From Octopus sinensis (lineage: Eukaryota), in assembly GCF_006345805.1 (NCBI RefSeq), contig NC_043024.1, forward strand, positions 13,640,001 to 13,704,000: a DNA stretch of 64,000 bases. The letters run 5' to 3'. How positions within the stretch are numbered: the stretch's first letter is position 1; every line of letters begins with the position of its first letter. The notes beneath the pieces were generated by a model. The model saw only the letters and a program-made list of their open reading frames with translations, made no database searches and had not been told where the DNA came from. This document shows positions 1-13,400 of the stretch, piece after piece. Position numbers and translations under genes: made by a program.

Positions 1-49
1 ATCTCTGTCTGAGTATGTGTATATATATATGTGTGTGTGTGTGTGTATG

Positions 50-96
<47 letters not shown>

Positions 97-116
97 CATC
101 ATTAAACAGATATGTA

Positions 117-415
117 TATTTCTTATTTCTTTACTGCCCACAAGGGGCTAAACATAGAGGGGACAGAAGAAATACCTATTTCTTTACTACCCACAAGGGG
201 CTAAACACAGAGGGGATGAAGAAGGACAGACAAACGAATTAAGTTGATTATATCGACCCCATTGCGTAAGTACCCCATTGGTACTTAATTTATCGATCTC
301 GAAAGAATGAAAGGCAAAGTCGACCTCGGCGGAATTTGAACTCAGAACGTAACGGTAGACGAAATACAGCTAAGCATTTCGCCCGGCGTGCTAACGTTTC
401 TGCAATCTCGCCGCC
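117..415 (-). mobile_element. tRNA-derived SINE, family A, with a partly duplicated tail
   Basis: Minus strand has a head GGCGGCGAG..GCAGAAACGTTAGCACGCCGGGCGAAATGCTTAGC, a B-box-like GAGTTCAAATTCC, the core GCCGAGGTCGACTTTGCCTTTCAT and the tail AGCCCCTTGTGGGTAGTAAAGAAAT. The same sequence recurs more than 15 times in the window. Confidence 0.9.
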
Positions 416-544
416 ATTGCGATATGTATATTTCTTCCCGTCACTGTTAATGTTGCCGAGAACAGTTCATAGAGTAGGCACGATATTCCACGAAACTCTC
501 AGCGTTAGAGTGTCTTATGCAGCATCAAAATTCATATATGTATC

Positions 545-730
545 GTTTGTCTGGCTATGGTCATGCTGGAGCACCGCCTGACCGGATTCTATTCAAATGA
601 ATCGATCTTAGTGCATTGTTTTAAAATCTGCTCGATATGCTGTCTGTTTCTTTGGCCGAAGAACATAGACAAACCAACGCAGGCTCTCAAGGGATGATGG
701 TAGTGAACAGGGAGGAACACAGGTACAAAG

Positions 731-792
<62 letters not shown>

Positions 793-1075
793 ACACACAC
801 ACACACTTATATATATGTATATATGTATAATAATACTGTATTTCTTCCACATCCTCGCGTTGTGTTTTTTTTGTGCTTTCTTGTTTGGATTAACTTTATA
901 TATATATATATATATGAGACAGGCTTCATTTAGTTTCCGTCCACCAAATCTACTCACAAGGATTTGGCCGGGTCCGGTTTATATTAGAAGATACATGCCT
1001 AAGGTACTATTTAGTGGGACTGAACTTAGACTCCTGTCGTTGGGAAGGGAGTTGTTACCACACAAACACACGGCA
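545..1075 (-). mobile_element. Diverged SINE family B (CORE-SINE-like) with expanded internal (CA)n/(TA)n
   Basis: Tail motif catgctggagcaccgcc at ~562-578 and head remnant tttccgtccaccaaatctactcacaag...gtgggactgaac at 933-1025 match the other family B copies. Confidence 0.7.
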
Positions 1076-1238
1076 ATGTATTCTATTTACATAGAACTAC
1101 ACTTAATCACAAACAAACCACACAACTTAAGATGCAACTCCCACCACGCGTCACATAAACGTATATACGACTACACTCGTACATATAAACACACATGCAC
1201 ACGCAACAGTACATACAGACACACACACTCATACAAAG

Positions 1239-1290
<52 letters not shown>

Positions 1291-1997
1291 GTAATCTCCG
1301 TTCGGTATTGCACTGATGTTTCAATAAAAATGGTAATATTGCGATTTGGAATCATTGACTCTGCGAGAGCTGATTACTTTCTGCGACGTGGGAGTGGCTT
1401 TACAAAGCTAAAAGCGTCGCTAATTAATGCCAAAAATCAATTCCTTATTATCCATTAAATTCCGTTCGTTTAATCTTCATTCTAAAACACCTCTTTACAA
1501 CCAATCATTCCTCGTCCGTCTGTCCATCCTTCTTCATCTATCAAATCTATTATTCTCATACACGTCTCTTAGATTTCTTGCCCGCATTATACGCTTGGCC
1601 CTTCATCTTTCCCGCTTTCATTTATCATTCCTTTACGTTTCCATGCAGCGCAATTCGACTGCTTCTCACAGGAATATTATTAGACAATGGATGTTTTCTT
1701 TGGAAAGGTCTCAGAACACAAATAATAGAAAAATACCTTTGTGAGTTTTAGTCAATCATTCGGAAGAATAAGCGCCATGATAATGATTTATGATGAACTG
1801 CACGAGTATATATTTACATATGTATATGTATGTATATTTATATATGTGTATTCATATATAAACATAAACATACACGTATATACATGATGAAATACATTGG
1901 TGTAAATAGATGTAATCATATGAGGTGGTAAGTCTATAATATGCTTCTGTGAGTGTAGGTAGCCATGCATATCTGCGCATATATATAGTATATATCC

Positions 1998-2028
<31 letters not shown>

Positions 2029-2413
2029 AAGGGAGAGAGATATGTATATGTATAATTATATATATGTATATATATATAGAGATGAATATATGTTTGTGTG
2101 TGTGTGTGTGTGTAACCAGGTTTCTGAAATAATGTGACCATATATGTATTATACAGAAGGACAGGTACATAAATACAAGTTAATTTTTCCTGTGACTTCC
2201 AGTTTTCCCGCGTTCACCTACACTTACCTATGCTCCCCCCCACGCACACACATGCATATGTGTTCACACACCACATACATTACCATTCATATATATATGC
2301 ATATGCACACATATAGGGTGCATGCGTATAGTTAAATAAAAATGGATATATATATATGTATACATATATATATATAAGTGTGAATATATATGTATGATAA
2401 TATATGTATATAT

Positions 2414-2456
<43 letters not shown>

Positions 2457-3159
2457 CATACAATATAAGAGTATTATTTTTAATTACAAGGAGTTCGTTG
2501 GTGAAGCAGAGTATTGCATTCGGTATTCGTCCATCTAAGCGGGATATCAGATCTCATTATAACAAGGTATGTAATCAAGATTGTTATTGATTAGGAGAGA
2601 ACAGCTTTGAACCAGCTATAATTTCATACCGCTTCACATATATTTTTCGAAATTCAATTTCCCTTACCTTACTGGCTATATAATCTATTTCAATACATCG
2701 TAACAGCAAACGAAATTGAAAAAAATTACACGTATGTATATATATATATATATATATACATACATATACACGCACACACATATGTAAATATATATTAATG
2801 CACACAAATAAGTGATCGTTTAAGACTATATTTATTTACAAATTCGTGCGTGTATATATAACTATATGTGTATGTATATATATATGTGTGTGTGTATCTC
2901 TCTCGATATATGTATGTATATATGTATAAATATACATATATATATATATGTTTGCATGTATATAGGTATAAGAATGTATACACATGTGTGTATGTTTATA
3001 AGTATGTATATACCAATATAGATTTCTCTTCACCCATACAGACACACACACACAGGCACGCACACAAACCCACACACACGCCCAAATATATCTGCACTCA
3101 CGCACACACAATATATACAGTATATTGAATTCATTCGCGCTCTCTCACCTTGTCTCTTT

Positions 3160-3190
<31 letters not shown>

Positions 3191-3899
3191 TATGTACATA
3201 TATAAACATACTTGTATTCTTATATACTAATACATATTGTGTGTCTTTATATACAGATACGTATGTGTGTAAATACGCATATATATGTATTTATATATGT
3301 ATATTTATATACATATGTATGTATGTATATACATACATATATTTATATACATACATATGTATGTATATTAATATATATATATATATATATGCATATATGA
3401 ATGTATATGTATATATTCGCGTTTATAGGAATAGTAAATGTATGATTTAATAATGTATAGTGTGAATTTCCGGTGTGAAACCGCCAACAGTACATACAAC
3501 ATTGACCGTTGTTTTTATACAGCAGCACAACGACGTAGATCTCATGTAGATTATGCATTTTATGTTAATGTGGATTTTATGCAAATGTGGATTTCACGTA
3601 TATTCAAATTTTATGTAGATACGAATTATATTGAGGTGCGGATTTTCTGCATAACATATGTTCCTGTTTTGTGTTTGTATATTTGTTTTTCTTAATAATG
3701 ATCTGATCCTCTAACCAAAAGTGCTTCTCTGAAATTTGACCCCTAAATACTGAAATATGAATAAATAGATACTTTTATCTAAATACATATATTAGTATAC
3801 ACACCTCGTTACGCTGACATATATTGAGAACTAGAAATAATTTTTAGCATCGGTTTAAATACGGTCGACGTGTGTATCTATTCCTGCATATATATAATG

Positions 3900-4118
3900 A
3901 AAATAATCAACAAGGATATCCAGAGGTAATGCAGTATGATTGTTTCATGCGATTCCATTTAATTGAACAATGCAAATATTATATCAGTTTTAAAATGTAG
4001 AGCAGCTGAAGATTGCTCTACATTTTAAAACTGATATAATATTTGCATTGTTCAATAAAATGGAGTCGCATGAAACGTCCGTACTTCATTACCTCTGGAT
4101 ATCCTTGTTGATTATTTT
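3900..4118. repeat. Long inverted repeat: 105-bp arms, 9-nt loop GCTGAAGAT
   Basis: 3900-4004 is the reverse complement of 4014-4118, with a few mismatches. Confidence 0.95.
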
Positions 4119-4205
4119 GATTGTAATCAGCCCATTTTGAATTATATGAATAATATCATACTAAATTCTGGTGCTTTTCACTTAAGTACCATATTGAACT
4201 TAATC

Positions 4206-4261
<56 letters not shown>

Positions 4262-4674
4262 TTTCTTCGGATTATTGTTTCCCTTGATTTCTCTCTAACA
4301 CCCCCTCTCTCTCTCTCTCTTTCTCTCTCCATGTCTCTCTGTCTATAACTCTCTTTCTAATTCAAATCCATGAGGGTACGACCATACTGATGCAGCACAC
4401 ACAAATATTTAATTCGATGCTCTCTAAAAGTGGAAATACAAGATGAATTTATATTTGTATAAAATACATAATTCGTCATAGCTGTTGGCGCTGTTGAGTT
4501 AGTGGTGGCTGAAAGTGATGGAGGAGAACATAAGTCGAGATATTCAGCATCGACTTCCTATGTTCAATTCCGGACGATATTTAATTTTGTAATACTTGTG
4601 GGACCGGTATCAGCAATTACCTTTAATCCTTCGAAGATCGATATATATTTATGGTTTATGTTTGTATTTTTTAA

Positions 4675-4884
4675 ATTATTAGACTTCGGCCATGCTGGAG
4701 CACCGCCTTTAGTCGAGCATATCGCCTCCAGGATTTATTCTTTGTTAGGCTAGTACTTATTCTATTGGTGTATTTTGCCGAACCGCTAAGTTACTGGGAC
4801 GAAAACACATCAGCAATGAATTTCAAGCAAAGGTCGGAAGACAAATACAGGCACAGAAACATACACACGCACATACACATATGC

Positions 4885-4936
<52 letters not shown>

Positions 4937-5168
4937 GTGTGTGTGGGTGTGTGTAATGTATATATGTATATATATATACCTATATATACATATATATATA
5001 TATATATATACACATGTGTATATATATATATATTTCTTTATATATATGACTGCCTTCTTTCAGTTTCCGTCTACCATAATCCACTCACAAGCATTTTGTC
5101 GGCCCGACACAATAGTAGAAGATACGCAGTCGGACTGAACCCGGAACCATGTTGTTTGTAAGAAAGCT
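4675..5168 (-). mobile_element. SINE family B (CORE-SINE-like)
   Basis: Tail cggccatgctggagcaccgcctttag, body gccgaaccgctaagttac, internal (TA)n, head ttctttcagtttccgtctacc...ggactgaacccggaaccatg. Confidence 0.9.
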
Positions 5169-5981
5169 ATGTATATGAATATGTGTGTATGTATGTTTCT
5201 ATGTGTATGTATATATATATTTACTTGTATGGATGGATGTATAAATGTATTTGTAACAAGTTAATGTATTTGGTTAATGTAGTGTGTTTCTCCTTAAATA
5301 TGTGTGCGTGCGTTTGTGTGAGCATGCGTCGAAGGGGGCGAATTTAACTACCTCGGCATCATAAATGGAAACATTTGTCAATTCCTCGAAATGCGTTAAT
5401 TAATTTTGATCATAAGAGTAGTTATAAATATATTATAATTCAGGAAGTTATGATTTAGTTATTCTGTTCAGTTATTAAGCTTAATGAAAGAAATTTATTG
5501 ATTAAAATTCACAGTATTTATATATATTGCATCAACTAAATTGGGAATACATACATCATACATAAGGCTTTACATTTCAATTTCCTGCGAAAATGCCGCC
5601 AGTTCAAAGTGTTCCATTCCCTTCTCAGCCGTTGTTCGCGAATTATATACCTTTTATCTTTTAACAGTTAGTTGTTTTAGTAATTAGACTGTGGCAATGC
5701 TGGGGCATCGTCTTCAAAAATGGAATAAATCGATCTCAGTATCTATTTGATTTTTGTTTTTATTTTACTGGTCCATATTCTTTATTATACTGTCGGCCCC
5801 TTTTGCAAAACTACCAACATACTTTGACGTAAACACACAGACAGTGGTTGTAAAGCGGTGGTGCTGGGGAAAAACATACGTTCACACGCACACACACAAA
5901 CACACATAATTTACTTCACGTGGATATACCCCACAAAGACATAAAACCCTAATACTTTTCGTGAGAAAGCATCGAATATAT

Positions 5982-6178
5982 ATTTCTTTATTACTCACAA
6001 GGGGCTAAACACAGAGGGAACAAACAAGGACAGACAAAGGGATGAAGTCGGTTACATCGACTCCAGTGCGTAACTGGTACTTAATTTATCGACCCCGAAA
6101 AGATGAAAGGCACAGTCGACCTCGGCGGAATTCGAACTCGGAACGTAACGACAGGCGAAATACGGATACGCATTTGCG
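5982..6178 (-). mobile_element. SINE family A
   Basis: Matches the family A tail, core and B box. Confidence 0.9.
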
Positions 6179-6567
6179 GGCAAGCATCAAATATGGAAAG
6201 ATGTATAGTGCTAAAAAACACATACGTGTAACAGCAGCAGAAATGGCGTCCAGTTATCATTTTACGCGTTAAAATACCGAGTTTGAATAATAGCGACTCT
6301 ATAAAAGTTTTACAAATTCTGATCATGAGTGGTATTTTCATCTTATTACCAAACATCAACTTATTTTCCACTAAATCATAAGACAAATTAAATTATTTAA
6401 TTAAAACGATATTTATGTCATTGTCTCTACACATTCCGTTTTCCTGTCAAAATTAATCTGATTAACACTTATGCAAATTACTTGTTGATCTTCAATATAA
6501 TTGCGTAATTTATTCAATGCGTATCTAAGCATTTATCCTCATCATAGCACCACCCGACCCCCCCCCC

Positions 6568-6603
<36 letters not shown>

Positions 6604-6786
6604 GTAGATAGATAGATAGATGGATAGAGCGAGAGAGATAGCTAAATAAGTTTTGTATAGAAAACACGGACTAGCGCTCATATGAATTTGAAATTAAAAT
6701 CTAAATTCTTCACCCACGACTAGGTCCAAGTGGCAAGAGTGGGTATGGATTAAATATAAGGCCAGTTTGTATGGAAATAGTGACAA

Positions 6787-7002
6787 GGATGAAAGGCAAA
6801 GTCGACCTCGGCACAATTTGAACTCAGAACGTAACGGCAGACGAAATAACACTAAGCCGAGGTCGACTTTGTCTTTCATCCTTTCGGGGTCGTTTAAATA
6901 AGTACCAGTTACGCACTGGGGTCGATATAATCGACTTAATCTGTTTGTCTGTCCCTGTTTGTCCCTTCTGTGTTTAGCCCTTTTTTGGTAGTAAAGAAAT
7001 AG
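6787..7002. mobile_element. Rearranged SINE family A: a minus fragment fused to a plus fragment, forming a foldback
   Basis: 6787-6812 and 6856-6881 are reverse complements (26 bp). The plus-strand core and tail continue to 7002. Confidence 0.85.
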
Positions 7003-7671
7003 ATATAATACATAAATAAATACATACATACGTACATACATACATACATATATGCATACATGCATGGATACATTCATACATACATACTTACATATATATA
7101 CACATGCAAACACACATACACACATACACACACACTGTAGACATACACAATACAGATATAATGATACACATAAAATTCTAAAAGGCTGTGTCCTGTCGCT
7201 CATGACAGTCCTTCAAATAACGAGCGTGTTTGTGCTACCGTTCTCCAATCATATTCCTTGTTATGTTATGAATACTGCATAAACCTTCTTTACTTTTGCA
7301 CTAGTGATCATCGATCATTCATGAAATCCGAGTGTGGTCTCATAGCCTCGGTGATACATTCATTAACATATATTCTTGACGCAGAGTATGGATCCTTATA
7401 TCTATTAGCTATTGGAAACGAGCAAAGCAAGATTCGTTATGTTGCTTAGAAGTTGGTAAATAAAAAAATAAAATGTTAGATGCGAGCCGATTATCTCCCG
7501 TTAACGACTGCATTCTTCGCCTTCTGAGAGCTCCGAGCAAATTTTTATATGTTTTTAAAGAAAACTTTGTTCATTTGTATATGTATGATTGCGTGCGTGA
7601 GTGGGGGTATATATATAAATATATATGTGTATGTGTGCGTGTATCTTTGTGTGTGTATGTATGTGTATGCG

Positions 7672-7711
<40 letters not shown>

Positions 7712-7842
7712 ATATATAATATATATGTACATATTTATATACACACACTTATTATAGTTCTATGTTTAAGAGATGAGGAATAATGAACATTCTTTACATT
7801 ATTGATATTCAACAGATATTTGTCTTCATCTTGTTTGTTATT

Positions 7843-7888
7843 AACACAACCTTTCCACTGATATACCATCCAGCCTTCATCAGGTGTC
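7843..7888 (-). ncRNA. Degenerate minimal hammerhead ribozyme motif in a short PLE-pLTR-like repeat
   Basis: Minus strand GACAC-CTGATGA-AGGCTG..CAGTG-GAAA-GGTT-GTGTT. Stem I pairs, but stems II and III are mutated. Same family as 24676-24725. Confidence 0.55.
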
Positions 7889-8018
7889 TTGGGAAAAATT
7901 GGAACCTGCGTTCTCATTCATGTTGTTGTTGTTATTATTATCATTATGATTAATGTTATTATTATTATTATTATTATTATTATCATTATTATTATTATTA
8001 TTTTTTTATTATTGTTAT

Positions 8019-8082
8019 TCAGGTCACTTCATGGAATTGAACTGGAAACTTGGAGTTAGTAGCCCGAGTTCTTAACGACAAC
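8019..8082 (-). mobile_element. Short tRNA-derived SINE, family F, with (AAT)n tail
   Basis: Homologous to 10651-10720 (ttagtagcccg..cttaac, caggtca) and next to an (ATT)n array. Confidence 0.6.
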
Positions 8083-8284
8083 TGGCTCAGTGACACCCAG
8101 CATGGTTTCGACCAGCTTTTACAGCTGTATGACTGGGTGTTGAGGCAGTTACTCAACAATTCAAAAGTTGACATTATATAACTGCACAGGGCCAAAGATC
8201 CCAGCAATGCCATCACACTTCAGGAAAAGTTACTGCACAACCTGTGTTTCTGGGGCCCATAGTTCTTTTTTTATTATTATTATT

Positions 8285-8520
8285 CAACCAAAGAGCCTGA
8301 AGGAAGTACATAAAGGGGATGTAGGTGTTTGGACTCCAAAATTAGATCTCTTCCTGTCGAGTGTCCCAGATGAACCTACCTCGCGACAGGTAGTCCAAAT
8401 GAGGGTAGCGATATCAAATCACTTATTCACCATATGCTACATATCAGAAACGACCCTCAATAATAATAGTGTAGTAAAACGGTGGCGTCCCACCAAGGTC
8501 AGAGCTTTCATGTGAAACTG
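8285..8520 (+). mobile_element. CR1-type LINE 3' fragment
   Basis: Translates KSLKEVHKGDVGVWTPKLDLFLSSVPDEPTSRQ, matching KNLRDLHGVDTDVFKMKLDLFLSGVPDEPTSRQ of the LINE at 50.1-50.9 kb. Confidence 0.8.
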
Positions 8521-8534
8521 TTTTACAAAATGTA

Positions 8535-8584
<50 letters not shown>

Positions 8585-9708
8585 CTATATATACATTCTG
8601 TAAAACAGTAAAATATATATTTTGTAAAATATATATATATATATATATATATTCATATATATCTATATTAATCTAACGCTTCCAAGACAGAGCCCTGTGG
8701 AACACCACTCAATGGTATATATATATATATATACAGACACACACAGACACGCATACAGACATAGATATATATATAACTATATATATGCGTGCATATGTCC
8801 GTGTGTGTATCCTACGTATATATATATATATATACATCTCCATTCCCATGTATTTTCGCTTTTATCGTAGAAGTTTCGTTTGTGTATTTAAAAAGACACA
8901 AACTATACAACTATTCACCATGTTAAAATGAAAATGTCACCTTATCCCTGCTTTGTTTGACCCTCATCATTTATTTCAGCAAACCCTAAAATCCATCACC
9001 TAACGAGCTAACGATCTATGGAATCCACCTTCAATATACCCTGATTTAAATAACCATTTTGATGTAAAATTATACAGTATGTTCTGTCTTGGCTATCGTT
9101 TTTGTATTGTTTTGGCGTTTTTTTTTCAGGGCAGATAAAACGATTAGGAATGTCTTTACTCTGTGATATATTCCGGCGTTTGATAATTTCGGATTTTATC
9201 GTCATGCAATAACCATTAATTGGCGTAGCATCTCGTGATCTTCAACACTGTGTCTCTGTATGCATGTGCATGTTTGTGCGTGTGTGTATGTGTGTGTGTG
9301 CACGTGCATGTGGTGTATATCTATATTTCTGTAAATGCATGTTAGAGAACTTGTTTTTACGTGCGTAAGTTTATATCTTTCTGTTAATATATATGTATGT
9401 ATATATATATATATTATATTAAATTATATATATATATATAATATATATATATTATATTAATTATAATATATTATATATATATATATTATTATATATATAA
9501 ATAGATAGATAGATAGATAATATAGATACATATTATATATATATATACATATATCTATACACGTGTGTGTGTGTGAGTGTGTGTATGTTTGTGTGTTGTG
9601 TGTGTGTGTTCGTTTGTACACTCCTTTATTTTTTGCAAGCCCTAAACAAAAATTTGAAAAGCTTGAAAATATATTATTATTATATATTATTATTATTATT
9701 ATTATTAA

Positions 9709-9739
<31 letters not shown>

Positions 9740-9761
9740 AGTATTATTATTATTATTATTA

Positions 9762-9795
<34 letters not shown>

Positions 9796-10019
9796 CCTTA
9801 ATATTAATATTAGACCTATCCACATCATCTGATTTACTCAAATATTCTAGAATTCTTGTAGTAGATCACATGTATATGTATAGAGAGATATACACAGACA
9901 CACACACACACGCACACGCACGTACGCTCATACAAACATACACACACACGCATACGCGGGCAGAAGTACTTGTTTATCTTTAAATACATACATCCACGCA
10001 TACATTCAAACATACTTAT

Positions 10020-10064
<45 letters not shown>

Positions 10065-10299
10065 CAGAGTTTGAGAAGTACAGAGTTCGTTTCCCATGAA
10101 GGCTTGCTGGACCCTTCTAATGGGTATTTCCCTTACTTTCTAAGCTGTCTTTGCAGTGTGCACACACATGCATTCACGCACTCACAGACACACATTACGT
10201 ACGTTCATATGTGTTTTGGTACCCGCTCACACAGAGATACACACACCTACCATATAAGGGAAGAAACTCCTATTAAAACAGCACGCCTTCCCTCAAAGT

Positions 10300-10605
10300 G
10301 CAACGTATCTGCGAGTGCAGTGCTAAGCATAGGTCCGGGCAAGATTGTTTATGGAAGACCAGCAATCGCCCATACATACCAGCCACCCCTCTCCCTGCCA
10401 CTGATGTTATCCAAGGAAAAGGCAAAGGACGATACAGCTCGGCACCAGTGATGTCGCAACTCATTTCTACAGTTGCGTGACCTGGAGCAACGTGAAATAT
10501 AGTGTCTTTGCTTAAGAACACAACACGCAGCCAGGTCCGCGATTCGAGCTCACAATCTCGCGATCGGAAGCTCAATGTTCTAACCACTGATCCATGCGCC
10601 TTCAC
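10300..10605 (-). mobile_element. tRNA-derived SINE, family C
   Basis: Head GTGAAGGCGCATGGATCAGTGGTTAGAAC (A box), GTGAGCTCGAATCGC (B-box-like), then a CORE-like TTCTTAAGCAAAGACAC. Confidence 0.75.
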
Positions 10606-10650
10606 TATTATTATTATTATTATTATTATAATTATTATTATTATTATTAT

Positions 10651-10720
10651 TCAGGTCAATTGAATCGAACTCGGAATCTTAGGGTTAGTAGCCCGCGCTC
10701 TTAACCACTACGCCATATGC
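10651..10720 (-). mobile_element. Short tRNA-derived SINE, family F
   Basis: GGCGTAGTGGTTAAGAGCGCGGGCTACTAACCCTAAGATTCCGAGTTCGATTC has A and B boxes and ends in TGACCTG(AAT)n. There is no intact acceptor stem. Confidence 0.7.
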
Positions 10721-10729
10721 TCGTGGCAT

Positions 10730-10970
10730 ATTCTGTTTCTATTCCAGTTCTAAGCGCCTCTTCTAATTTCTTAACTAGGTCATCCTCTATTCTATTTCGG
10801 TCTAATGCTAGGGCCTTACTTTACCTGACCGATTCTGCTTTAATTGCTTTTTTTAAGGCATACCACCATCTGTTGTTGATGATGGCACCCGTCAGTGCTC
10901 TCTTAATCCAGTTCCTGTAAGCCTGGCGTGCCGTGAACTACGCATTCAGCTTCCAGTAACCGGGACCCTG
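10730..10970 (-). mobile_element. Tx1/L1-like LINE ORF2 fragment (region after the APE endonuclease), decayed
   Basis: Minus frame reads GPGYWKLNA*...NRWWYALKKAIKAESVR*SKALALDRNRIEDDLVKKLEEAL. GxGYWKLN followed by WW..K..IK is typical of L1/Tx1 ORF2. Confidence 0.6.
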
Positions 10971-11072
10971 CCTATGTCTTATGTAGATAGATAGATAAAC
11001 AGACAGATAGACTGACTAACAGAGAGACAGATAGCTAGCTAGTTAGCTAGATAGATAGAGAGAGAGATAGAA

Positions 11073-11136
<64 letters not shown>

Positions 11137-11189
11137 CAGGTAGAAGGATCAGAACCAGAAAGATGGTAAGAAGTCCATGACGTACTCCT

Positions 11190-11350
11190 ATCGCAACTGA
11201 AAAGAGTCCGATAAAATAAGTACTAAACTAAAAAAAAAACAAAACAAAACAAAACAAAACCATTCAAGGGTCGATTACTTCGTCTAAATATCACCAATGC
11301 TACCACCCAGTATGGCCGCAATTCAATGATTGAAGCAAGTAAGAGATAAA
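11190..11350 (+). mobile_element. Diverged SINE family B tail fragment
   Basis: ccgataaaataagtact...cccagtatggccgcaattcaatgattgaagcaagtaagag resembles the family B 3' end. Confidence 0.55.
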
Positions 11351-11681
11351 AGAAGAGATCTTTTGAACATTTATTTGTATCCGGAATAATGCCAATGTAT
11401 TACATTACAGCTTTGCTTATTTCTTCTATTTTTTCTTTTTCTTTTTTACCTTCTTCTCTCTTATATTACAAGGAAATGCAGATTCTGAATTCTTTTACTG
11501 AATATACATTTTAATAAGTTGCTTATCGTCTATGTTTTTCCTATGAAGATGTCCTTCTGGGAGTGTCTACATCAATTACTATGTTATAGCAAATCAGACT
11601 TTTGTGTAGAGTCTATTCCATCTTCGCTCTGCTTGTAAATAAAGAAATAAACATGAATGATAATATATATATATATATATA

Positions 11682-11768
<87 letters not shown>

Positions 11769-11791
11769 CTATATATATACATACACACACA

Positions 11792-11833
<42 letters not shown>

Positions 11834-12834
11834 TATATACACACCAACTCACCAGTATGTATATATATGTATGTGTATATATTATGTATGAATGTATGTT
11901 TGGTTAAGAATTTCCAAACTCTGTATTGCGTTAAAAAAAACCATAACTATGAAATAAAGACATTTGTTGTTGTTGTTGTTGTTTTTTTTTTTCTTACATT
12001 TTTGCATTCATTTTCCTGCTTCAACAAAGTTGAATGTTTTGACTCTGATCAAGTTACATTTCGACTTTCGTTTTTTCTTGCTTGTTTCATTTCTTTTTAT
12101 TCTTACGTATTTACATCATTTTTGAATTGTGATGACAGATAAGATACCTCCTGACCTTTCTTTATGTTTTTCTCGTTGTTGTTGTTACTCAAATACAAAA
12201 GATATGTCAATTTGCGAATGATTCCCAATATTTCTCCAAAGAAATTTCCTACCATAACGCAAAATATATATCACCTATGGCGAAATCACTTTCTTTACTT
12301 ATTCTTTTTCTTTTTTTAAATAACGAACAGAAGAATTTTGATATAAATATTTCTTGCTATTTCAATGCTTTAATAGAAAAACAGTATGGAATGTATGTGC
12401 ATATATTTTAGAGAATATACAGTTTTCGGGAAAAAATTCTTTAGTATACTTAGAAATTCATAACAGAAGTCCAGGTCCATTTCACTTGGAATATTGCGGC
12501 ACTGTCTTAGTACATTTACAATGTCTACTCTCGGATTGATTTGCTCTTTGAAAAACTGGCAGTCAACTCCAAGATTCTCCCATGTGGACACTGGGTACAC
12601 ACATACATACCCCCACATATATATGTATATATATGATAGAAATATATTACAAAAAGAAAATAGAAACTACACGTGGAAATGTAAGGGGAAAGTAAGAAGA
12701 AAAAATAAGGCGAAAATTCACATTGGAAATTTAAAAAAATGTAAGGCTTTTATTGACAAGTAACGATACATATATACAATTAGATGAAATGAGATAGGAA
12801 TAAAAGTAATGTCATTATTGTGAATTGCTAGAGA

Positions 12835-13400
12835 GATTTAAAAGCATACCGGTTTCGTCAAATTATTGATCAGTGCTTTGACTGCTCACCGATAACCGAA
12901 CGGTGTCGGGTCTACTAGACCATGAGTGAAATGATTATGTGTAAGGGAGACATGTAGTTCTGGATCTGGTGCAATTATGGTAGATATAATATTGTAATGT
13001 GAATGGTGTATGGGATGTATGGCTGGTATTAATTGAAAGGTTAGTAGTGTTATGTATTAAGTTATGGGTTGATATTGAGTTGTGGTAGTTATTTATTGAT
13101 GAAAGTTTCTTCTTTATTCATTCTTTGCTGTACTGAGGTATTCTGTGAACATTGATAGAATGGAGAAATTAGGAACTTGGGATTAAGGTTCCTAGCACAC
13201 CTTTCTATGTGTCCACTGACCTGTAACTGTCCCTATTGTGGGTGGCGGATTTGTCCTTTGTGAAGATCGCGGAGTGATATTCCTCTTTGGGCCATATAAT
13301 AATTACAACACCCTTAGCATGTAATGGCATGGATTAGATTTTCCGAGGCACAGGTGAAAGATACTGGAAATAATTGTGCCAAATTCTTTTATCCCGTGTT
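12835..13400 (-). mobile_element. Penelope-like element 3' fragment: decayed GIY-YIG endonuclease plus pLTR remnant
   Basis: Minus translation ~13379-13073: FTCASENLIHAITC*GCCNYY...LQVSGHIERCARNLNPKFLISPFYQC...RMNKEKLFINK*LPQLN. This is a C-terminal GIY-YIG layout of the Neptune/Poseidon style, followed by a hammerhead remnant. Confidence 0.75.
12841..12879 (-). ncRNA. Degenerate hammerhead ribozyme (apparent 4-nt deletion in the core/stem II)
   Basis: AAAGCA-CTGA(del)TCAATAATTTGAC-GAAAC-CG-GTA-TGCTTT: perfect 6-bp stem I, palindromic stem III ACCGGT, GUA triplet. Confidence 0.6.

Noticed and set aside
2491-2566. Possible 76-nt exon ending AAG|GTATGT (one open frame SSLVKQSIAFGIRPSKRDIRSHYNK)
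   Set aside because: The acceptor is weak (AAG, short pyrimidine tract), the peptide is unrecognisable, and no partner exons were found.
10651-10720. Genuine tRNA gene (CT-ACT-AA loop)
   Set aside because: There is no intact acceptor stem, it ends in an (AAT)n tail, and a decayed second copy exists, so it is a SINE head.
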